Notes under the pieces: generated by a model
What the model was told of the DNA's origin: nothing
Database searches by the model: none
The model's input: only the letters and a program-made list of their open reading frames with translations
Program-made: the position numbers and the translations under genes
NCBI GenBank assembly: GCA_040752415.1
Contig: JBFMGU010000120.1
Location: 1 to 32,501 of the forward strand
Direction of reading: 5' to 3'
Length of the DNA: 32,501 nt
From: Myxococcota bacterium
GTDB lineage: Bacteria; Myxococcota; JACRCW01
In this document: positions 25,916 to 32,501 of the stretch, one piece after another
Numbering within the stretch: position 1 is the stretch's first letter
Layout: each line of letters starts with the position of its first letter

Positions 25916-28060
25916 TCAGCCCCGACGCCACCGGCGTGCCATCGCCATCCCCATCACCACCCACGCTGCCAGGCCACTCACGTCCGCACGGGGAACCGCG
26001 CACGTGCAGCCCTGCGCGTTGTCGGCGGGAGCGCTGCCCTCGGAGTCCTCGCCCGGGCCCACCGGCGTGGCGGGCGCTTCCGGTTCGGGCACCTCGGGTT
26101 CGTTGTTCTCCTCGGGAACCTCCTCGTCCGGCGTGCACGAGGGATCGTTGTCCGCGCTCAAATCGCAGTCGTTGTCGACGCCGTCACAGGTCTCCGGCGC
26201 GTTGGGGAAGACGGCGGAGTCGTTGTCATTGCAGTCGGTGTCGGCGGGAACACCGTCGCCATCGGCGTCCACCACCAGCGGATCCAGCGTGACGGCGCGG
26301 ATGCCGTCGACGTCAAACCAGCCATTGCTGCCCACCGGCCCATCGAACGGGTCCACGCGCAGCCCAGTGATGACGCCGCTCCAGCCCGTCAGCTCACGCA
26401 GGTCCACCGTGAGGTCCTCGAACTCCCCGTTGCCCACCGTCTCGAACGCCGCGCTGTTCTCCTGGGCAAACGCGGCACCCTCGGCGTGGAAGTAGATGCG
26501 ACCGGTCCGCGCTCCGTCGTGGTGACGCACCCGCAGCGTGACGCCATCAAACGTGCTCGCATCAATCCGCGTCCACGTTGGCGCCACCACGCAGGAATCA
26601 TCACCCACGGCGTGGATGCTGAGCGCGTGCGTCGTGACGTCCACCTTCAGCTCGTCAAATCCGGTCCAGCCGCACCCGTGCCAGCCCTCCACGTCGGTGG
26701 CTTCGGTCCCTTCGAACTGCCACTCCCGCGTGCCCAGCACGTCCAGCTGGCCGAAGTGACGCAGCACCTCACCGGCGTTGTTCACCTCCACGGCGTCGTT
26801 CCAATCCGACTGCTCGCCGTAATAGTTCCCCACGTGCTTGATCCATCCGCGCAGGTCGGGGTGATGGGCCAGGCCATAGCTGTACCGGTCGGCCACCACG
26901 GTGAAGCGGATGCGACGCCGCTCACCCGGCTGCATCACGCCCACGGTGACAATGCCCGCGGCCGCGTCCTGCGCCGGGTTTACGCCCGCGAACGCGTCAT
27001 GGGCATCCGCGCGAACCCAGGTCTGCCCGTCGTGGACCGGGTGATCCGTCTCAATGATCCACGACGTGGCCCGCAGGTACGGACGCTCCAACCAGAAGCC
27101 CACCTGCACGTCGTCGGTGGCGGGTCGGTCCACGCCGTTGCGCACCTCCAACACGCCCTCGAACGACTGGCCCTGCGTCACGTCGAAGATGCCCGCGCTG
27201 GACCCGTCGGCGATGAGGTCCCGCTCCTGGCCGCTGATGGTGATCCAGCGGACCTTGATCTCCATCTTGTCGTCGGTGGGCTGGGGCTGCGGGTCGGGGT
27301 CGGGCTGCGGGTCGGGTTCCGGCGCGGGCTGGCAACCGTGCACCTGGAATCCCTCCACCGGAGACTGGCGCAACCGCGACTCGGTCTGCGGCCCATACAG
27401 CCCGTCCTCGTCGATCTGGTCGTTGGGGTGGTTGCGGTTCCACAGGCGCTGGAACGCCTTCACCGAGAGACCTGAGAGGTCCACCGTGCCACTGCCCTCG
27501 TAGTCGAAGTGCACGGTGTCGTCGGAGCCGTACCAGTCCCAGCCGCGGTTCTCGAGGGTGGCCCGCCAGGAGCTGTACTCGCTGGTGTCAATGGCCAGCC
27601 CGCTCTCATGACGTGACCGACCCGGCCGCGCTGCGAGCCCAATGCCGCACTGGCCATTCTGGTACCAGCGGTAGAGCAGGTATTGCTGCGCCAGCGTGCG
27701 GAGCGCGGAGTTGATGGAGATCGTGTCGTTGCGGTCGTTGATGGCCTGGCGCAGCGCGTTCTTGGCCGCCGTCTGCAGGTACGGCCACACCGCGGAGCCG
27801 TTGCTCACGCCGCTGCCGCTGTAGTTGGCCAGCGTGTCCGGGCGGAGGCAGTTGATTTCCTCGATGAGCTGCTCGGACAACCCGGCGACGATCGACGTGG
27901 AGCACCCGGTCGCGTTCTCGACGGTGAGCCCCTGGTAGATGACCCCGATCTCGCCCTCCTCGAAGTGCGTCTCCGGGTCGTAACGGTCGTCCTCGGGCAT
28001 GCCACAGGACGTCATCACAACCACGGTGAGGGAAAACCACGCGGAGCGCTGCAGGGACAT
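25916..28060 (-). CDS. M15-family Zn D,D-peptidase-like protein with peptidoglycan-binding, Asp/Cys metal-binding repeat and MYXO-CTERM tail
   Basis: Start ATG 28060 with lipobox-like VMTSC. SALRT..Q..LY, SRHESGLAID (H-x6-D), DTVHF, DGLYGPQT (PG-binding), DADGDG..DCNDND..FPNAPETCDGVDNDCD, and GCTC-hydrophobic-RRWRR tail. Confidence 0.82.
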   Translation of the reverse strand: MSLQRSAWFSLTVVVMTSCGMPEDDRYDPETHFEEGEIGVIYQGLTVENATGCSTSIVAGLSEQLIEEINCLRPDTLANYSGSGVSNGSAVWPYLQTAAKNALRQAINDRNDTISINSALRTLAQQYLLYRWYQNGQCGIGLAARPGRSRHESGLAIDTSEYSSWRATLENRGWDWYGSDDTVHFDYEGSGTVDLSGLSVKAFQRLWNRNHPNDQIDEDGLYGPQTESRLRQSPVEGFQVHGCQPAPEPDPQPDPDPQPQPTDDKMEIKVRWITISGQERDLIADGSSAGIFDVTQGQSFEGVLEVRNGVDRPATDDVQVGFWLERPYLRATSWIIETDHPVHDGQTWVRADAHDAFAGVNPAQDAAAGIVTVGVMQPGERRRIRFTVVADRYSYGLAHHPDLRGWIKHVGNYYGEQSDWNDAVEVNNAGEVLRHFGQLDVLGTREWQFEGTEATDVEGWHGCGWTGFDELKVDVTTHALSIHAVGDDSCVVAPTWTRIDASTFDGVTLRVRHHDGARTGRIYFHAEGAAFAQENSAAFETVGNGEFEDLTVDLRELTGWSGVITGLRVDPFDGPVGSNGWFDVDGIRAVTLDPLVVDADGDGVPADTDCNDNDSAVFPNAPETCDGVDNDCDLSADNDPSCTPDEEVPEENNEPEVPEPEAPATPVGPGEDSEGSAPADNAQGCTCAVPRADVSGLAAWVVMGMAMARRWRRG

Positions 28061-28183
28061 TGCCGGCCTCGTGAAGGGGCACAGGCATGGCACCGCGTGC
28101 ATGCGTACGCCATCGGTCAGCCGTTCCGCGGCATCGGTCGATTGTCGTCGTGGAAACCCGGTATCCGCCGGGTGACGGAGCAA

Positions 28184-28672
28184 CTACTTGGCAGCCTTCT
28201 TCTTGTACCCGTCAATGATGGCCTTCACGTCCTTGAAGACGTCATTGGGGATGGGCACCGAGAGGTTGTAGTGCGCAATGCGCCACGTCTCGCCCTCCCG
28301 CACCAGCACGCCACTCCCGCGACACGGCCCCATGTTCTCCGTCGCCAGCTCCTCGTCAAACCAGGCCACGTTGCCGTCCTTGGAAAAGACCACGTGACGC
28401 GCCACCGCGCGGAAGCGCCACGCCTTCCCCTTGGCGAAATGCGGCTTGGCCCAGACACGGAACTCGTCGCGGGTCCAGCGCTCGGAGGCGTCGGTGCCCA
28501 TGAAGACGCCGTCGGTGGTGAAGTGCTTGAAGTAGCGCTCCTCGTCGGCAACGGCGGCGGCCTGGTGCCAGTCATCCAGCACCGCGTTCACGGTAGCTTC
28601 AGCCTTGGCGGCGGGCTTGCCCTCCTGCGCCAGCAAGGTGAGGGGAAGCATCAGGGGGATGAGCAGGTGCAT
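28184..28672 (-). CDS. Secreted NTF2/SnoaL-like protein
   Basis: Signal peptide MHLLIPLMLPLTLLA. LDDWHQAAA..YF...VFMGTDASERW...AWFDEEL...CRGSGVL...WRIAHYNLS. GAGGA RBS. Confidence 0.85.
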   Translation of the reverse strand: MHLLIPLMLPLTLLAQEGKPAAKAEATVNAVLDDWHQAAAVADEERYFKHFTTDGVFMGTDASERWTRDEFRVWAKPHFAKGKAWRFRAVARHVVFSKDGNVAWFDEELATENMGPCRGSGVLVREGETWRIAHYNLSVPIPNDVFKDVKAIIDGYKKKAAK

Positions 28673-28753
28673 GGTGGTGTCCTCGTGGAGAGCGTGCAGC
28701 GTACTCGGGGATGCGCCTTGACAACCACGGGCTCTTGGGAGGACTTCCACGAC

Positions 28754-29527
28754 ATGAGCCGGGAGCTGGACGGTCAAACCCTCGCGTCGCTGGTTCCGGG
28801 CTTCGTGGCGCCGGCCGTGGAGCTGCTGGTCAATGCCGTGACGCCGCCACCGGTGGCGCCCACGTTGCTTGCCGGCCACCACGCCGCGCTCATGCTTTCG
28901 GCGTTTCAGTCCCGCTACCCGAAGGCGCGCTATTTCCTGATGGAAGCCATCCCGCCCCCCGCGCTGCGCGGCGTCGAGGGGAACCTGCGCGCCATGTACG
29001 GCCGCACCTACCCGCTGCCGGTGCGCACGTCGGTGGTTGGCGCCGCGGTGCATGGACTGTGCTTCGTGGACAGCAGTGGCGACGGACCGCTCCTGCGTGA
29101 GACCGCGCGCAGCCTGCAACCCGGCGGCACGCTGGTGGCCACCTACCTGATGCGCGGCAGCTTTGACGCATTCCTCGACGCTGCGCGGGAAGCCTGTGAG
29201 TCGCAGGGCCTGCGCGACGTCATGGGTTCCCTCGTCGACATGGAAGGTCTGTTCCGCACGCCCGCGGAGCTGGAGGCCGCCGCCAGCCGCGCGGGTCTGG
29301 TCGACGTGGAGCTGGGGATGGAGGAGCGCGGCATGCCCTACGCCAACGCGCGCGCGTTCCTGGCGGACCCGGCGGTGGGGTGGTTGGTGTTGCGTCACCT
29401 GCGCAGCTCGGAGGACCGCAAGAGCCGCCTCCTCGACGAGGTCGCGGGCGCCCTGGACACCTACTTTTCCGGCCTGGGGCTCACCGCGCGCGTCGTCACC
29501 GGCGTATTGCGCGGCGTGAAGCCGTAG
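28754..29527 (+). CDS. Degenerate class I methyltransferase-like protein
   Basis: GGAGG RBS, and LLRETARSLQPGGTLV resembles the MTase post-motif. No recognisable GxGxG motif I. TTGACA at 28718-28723 upstream. Confidence 0.55.
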   Translation: MSRELDGQTLASLVPGFVAPAVELLVNAVTPPPVAPTLLAGHHAALMLSAFQSRYPKARYFLMEAIPPPALRGVEGNLRAMYGRTYPLPVRTSVVGAAVHGLCFVDSSGDGPLLRETARSLQPGGTLVATYLMRGSFDAFLDAAREACESQGLRDVMGSLVDMEGLFRTPAELEAAASRAGLVDVELGMEERGMPYANARAFLADPAVGWLVLRHLRSSEDRKSRLLDEVAGALDTYFSGLGLTARVVTGVLRGVKP

Positions 29528-29596
29528 CAATCAAGAGCAGGCCGGGGAGAAGATGCAGGGCAACCACGGGCGGCGGAGGCCACCCTGCGCGCGGCA

Positions 29597-29636
29597 TGTC
29601 ACGACTATCGTGACAAATGGAACGATAATCGTGACA
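29597..29636. promoter_or_regulatory. Tandem palindromic protein-binding-like sites
   Basis: TGTCACGA-CTA-TCGTGACA (29597-29615, perfect arms) and TGGAACGA-TAA-TCGTGACA (29618-29636), 21-bp period. Confidence 0.5.
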
Positions 29637-29648
29637 CGGGCTGAACGA

Positions 29649-29667
29649 GGCCCCCGCCGGGGGGGCC
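29649..29667 (-). terminator. GC hairpin just after the dehydrogenase stop
   Basis: GGCCCCC-GCCGG-GGGGGCC 7-bp stem 2 nt past the stop codon. Weak U-tract. Confidence 0.4.
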
Positions 29668-29669
29668 AT

Positions 29670-30683
29670 TCACGCCGGCTGCTTTTGGATTTCCTCGCAC
29701 ACCGCGTCGGTGAACTCGCGGGTGTTGGCCTTGCCGCCCAGGTCACCGGTGCGGACCTTGCCGCCGCCCAGCACCTTGAAGATGGCCGTTTCCATGCGGT
29801 TGGCGGCGCTGCGCTCGCCCAGGTGGCGCAACATCATGACGGCGGAGCGCATGAGCGCGGTGGGGTTGGCAATGCCCTTGCCCGCAATGTCCGGCGCCGT
29901 CCCGTGCACCGCCTCGAACACCGCGGTCTGGTCGCCAATGTTGGCGCCGGGGACCACGCCCAGGCCGCCCACCAGGCCCGCGCACAGGTCGCTGACGATG
30001 TCGCCGTAGAGGTTCTCGGTGAGCAGGATGTCGTAGCGCGTGGGGTCCCGCACCAGCTGCATGCACAGGTTGTCGACGATGACCTCCTCGTAGGCAATCT
30101 CGCCATACTCCTTGGCCACCTTGCGGCTGCACTCCAGGAAGAGCCCGTCGGTGAGCTTCATGATGTTGGCCTTGTGCACCGCGGTGACCTTCTTCCGCTT
30201 CTCCCTGCGTGCGTACTCGAAGGCAAAGCGGCTGATGCGTGTGCAGGCGCGCTCGGTGGTCACCTTGATGGACTCCACCACGCCCGGCGCCACGATGTGC
30301 TCCAGGCCGGCGTAGAGGCCCTCGGTGTTCTCACGCACCACCACCAGGTCCACGTCCTCGTAGCGGGTGGAGACGCCGGGGACGCTCGTCACGGGGCGCA
30401 GGGACGCGTAGAGGTCCAGCTTCTTGCGCAGCTGCACGTTGGCCGACTGGAAGCCGCCGCCAATGGGCGTGCCAATGGGGCCCTTGAGGCCCACCTTGCA
30501 CTGCGTGATGGCGTCCAGGGTCTCGTTGGGGAGCGCGGTGCCGTACTTCTTGATGACGTCGGCGCCCGCGTCCAGGCGCACCCACTCCACCTTCACGCCG
30601 GTGGCATCCACGGCGCGCGTGGTGGCGTCGCTGACCTCGGGTCCAATGCCGTCACCGGGAACCAGGGCAATCTTGTACGTCAT
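29670..30683 (-). CDS. icd: Isocitrate dehydrogenase (NAD-type), isocitrate/isopropylmalate dehydrogenase family
   Basis: PGDGIGPEV, LKGP, S-x-N-V-x-LR substrate motif, RENTEG-x-Y, VHKANIMK, NLYGDIVSDL, and EAVHGTAPDIAG. Confidence 0.85.
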   Translation of the reverse strand: MTYKIALVPGDGIGPEVSDATTRAVDATGVKVEWVRLDAGADVIKKYGTALPNETLDAITQCKVGLKGPIGTPIGGGFQSANVQLRKKLDLYASLRPVTSVPGVSTRYEDVDLVVVRENTEGLYAGLEHIVAPGVVESIKVTTERACTRISRFAFEYARREKRKKVTAVHKANIMKLTDGLFLECSRKVAKEYGEIAYEEVIVDNLCMQLVRDPTRYDILLTENLYGDIVSDLCAGLVGGLGVVPGANIGDQTAVFEAVHGTAPDIAGKGIANPTALMRSAVMMLRHLGERSAANRMETAIFKVLGGGKVRTGDLGGKANTREFTDAVCEEIQKQPA

Positions 30684-30844
30684 GGGTTGTCCGTCCTTGC
30701 GCTCACGCTGGTGCTGTTGAATGGGCCCGGGTTCCTAACGCTCGACGGACAGCGGAAGCAACCTGGCTCCGAAGCATGTCGCCTTGACAAGCCCTCCCCC
30801 CACAGGCGACGCCCGAGCCGCACTTCTTGCAGGGGAGGAAACCC

Positions 30845-32320
30845 GTGTCCCATCAAGGAACTGTGAACGTGGAGGGCGCCACCGCCTCGCTCATCAATGA
30901 GGACCTGGCGCCCACGCGGCCGGAAGCCCGCACCTGGAACCAGTGGCACCTGGCGGCGTTGTGGGTGGGCATGGCGGTCTGCGTTCCCACGTACACCATC
31001 GCCAGCAGCATGATCGACCAGGGCATGCGTTGGTGGCAGGCGCTTCTCGTCGTGGCGCTGGGGAACTTCGTGGTGCTCCTGCCCATGGTGCTCAACGGTC
31101 ACCCGGGCACGGCGTACGGCATTCCGTTCCCCATCCTGGCGCGCGCCAGCTTCGGTGTGCTGGGCGCCAACATCCCCGCGCTGTTGCGAGCGCTGGTGGC
31201 GTGCGGGTGGTTCGGCATCCAGACGTGGATTGGCGGCCAGGCCATCTACAGCGTGGTGGAGGCCATCAGCCCGGGAGCGTTGAACATGGGGCAGCTGGGT
31301 CCCGCGTGGTTGGGCCTGGAGACGGGACGGTTCATCTGCTTCATCCTGTTCTGGGTCACCAACGTGTACTTCATTTGGAAGGGCACGGAGTCCATCAAGT
31401 GGCTGGAGACCGCCTCCGCGCCGTTCCTGTTGCTGAGCGGCATTGCGCTGTTGTGGTGGGCCACCAGTGAGGCGGGCGGCCTGGGCAAGGTCCTCTCGAC
31501 GCCCCTGAGCACCAAGGAAGCCTCCTTCGGCTCGCTCTTCTGGCCCAACCTCACCGCCATGGTGGGCTTCTGGGCCACGCTCTCCCTCAACATCCCGGAC
31601 TTCACGCGTTTCGCGCGCAGCCAGCGTGACCAGCTCATGGGCCAGGCCATGGGCCTCCCCACGACGATGACGCTGTTCGCCTTCATCGGCATCGCGGTGA
31701 CCAACGCCACGGTGGTGCTCTACGGCCAGGCCATCTGGGATCCCGTGGCGCTGGTGGTGAAGTTCAACTCCGTGACGGTGGTGGCGGTGAGCCTGATTGC
31801 GCTCTCCATTGCCACGCTCTCGACCAACATCGCCGCCAATGTGGTGAGCCCGGCCAATGACATCAGCAACCTGGCGCCGGAGAAGATCAGCTACAAGCTC
31901 GGCGGATACATCACGGCGGGCATTGGCATCGTGATCCTGCCGTGGAAGCTGATTGAGAGCAGCCAGGGGTACATCTTCACGTGGCTGATTGGTTACTCCG
32001 CGCTGCTGGGGCCCATCGGCGGGATCATGATTGCGGACTACTTCCTGCTGCGTCGTCGGGAGTTGAAGGTGGAGGACCTGTACAAGCGCGGCGGTGAGTA
32101 CGAGTACGCCGGCGGGTTCAACGTGGCGGCCATCGTCGCGTTGGTGTTGGCGGTGTTGCCGAATGTGCCGGGGTTCCTCGCCGAGGCGGGGATCGTGGCC
32201 AAGGAGACCGTGCCGGAGTTCCTGCGCAGCCTGTACACGTACGCGTGGTTCGTCGGCTTCCTGATTGGCGGCGGGCTGCACCTGGTGCTGCACCCGGTGT
32301 TCAACAAGAAGAAGGGCTGA
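30845..32320 (+). CDS. NCS1-family nucleobase:cation symporter (uracil/allantoin/cytosine-type)
   Basis: GGAGG RBS then GTG 30845. NEDLAP, YGIPFPILARASFG, ACGWFGIQTW, LNIPDFTRF, NIAANVVSP, with many TM segments. Confidence 0.92.
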   Translation: MSHQGTVNVEGATASLINEDLAPTRPEARTWNQWHLAALWVGMAVCVPTYTIASSMIDQGMRWWQALLVVALGNFVVLLPMVLNGHPGTAYGIPFPILARASFGVLGANIPALLRALVACGWFGIQTWIGGQAIYSVVEAISPGALNMGQLGPAWLGLETGRFICFILFWVTNVYFIWKGTESIKWLETASAPFLLLSGIALLWWATSEAGGLGKVLSTPLSTKEASFGSLFWPNLTAMVGFWATLSLNIPDFTRFARSQRDQLMGQAMGLPTTMTLFAFIGIAVTNATVVLYGQAIWDPVALVVKFNSVTVVAVSLIALSIATLSTNIAANVVSPANDISNLAPEKISYKLGGYITAGIGIVILPWKLIESSQGYIFTWLIGYSALLGPIGGIMIADYFLLRRRELKVEDLYKRGGEYEYAGGFNVAAIVALVLAVLPNVPGFLAEAGIVAKETVPEFLRSLYTYAWFVGFLIGGGLHLVLHPVFNKKKG

Positions 32321-32372
32321 ACTGCGCCGTCAGGCTCGGCCCGTGCCATTCCAAGCCGTTCATCCCGTTTTT

Positions 32373-32474
32373 TTTGCCATCCGTGGACTACACCGCTTTC
32401 ACCGCCTGCACTTCGTGAAGTCCACGGCTGGCAAAGCCCGTAAGCCCCGGCCTGGCTGTCGCCATCCGGGGCTT
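32373..32474. other. Two adjacent intergenic hairpins; the second is terminator-like
   Basis: TTTGCCA-T-CCGTGGACT (32373-32389) pairs with AGTCCACGG-C-TGGCAAA (32419-32435). AAGCCCCGG (32442-32450) pairs with CCGGGGCTT (32466-32474), followed by CTTCCTTT. Confidence 0.55.
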
Positions 32475-32501
32475 CTTCCTTTGAAGGGCCCATGCGCCCG
32501 G

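Noticed and set aside
29562..29575. AACCACGGGCGGCG identical to 15872-15885 in the SECIS region
   Set aside because: A 14-nt GC-rich match is expected by chance in 32 kb, and there is no hairpin partner or in-frame UGA context.

Overview
High-GC chromosomal window with Myxococcota-like gene content (MYXO-CTERM tail, Ser/Thr kinase, many Cys-rich lipoproteins); the taxon is inferred, not shown. I call 19 CDS. Housekeeping or recognisable genes: an ArsR-methyltransferase (SahR-like) regulator coupled to metH, an isocitrate/isopropylmalate-family dehydrogenase, an NCS1 permease, a Nudix hydrolase, a molybdopterin oxidoreductase and a monoheme cytochrome c. These are interleaved with large secreted or surface proteins: a PHP/CehA-McbA-like metallohydrolase, an 8-module PPC-like protein, a 4-Cys tandem-repeat protein, an M15 peptidase with lipobox and MYXO-CTERM, and a ~1030-aa transglutaminase-like protein. 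The best hidden feature is absent from the ORF track: an 82-aa SelW/Rdx-family selenoprotein (15832-16080, CxxU with in-frame TGA, strong RBS and a SECIS-like hairpin) right after metH. Notable non-coding structure: a ~260-bp foldback element with a perfect 29-bp inverted core (25581-25843), a 33-bp imperfect inverted repeat bracketing a two-gene 3.4-kb cassette (226-258 / 3631-3663), tandem operator-like palindromes between convergent genes (29597-29636) and a candidate SahR operator. I saw no tRNA, rRNA, CRISPR array, transposase or integrase. All family assignments come from motif recognition by eye, not database searches.
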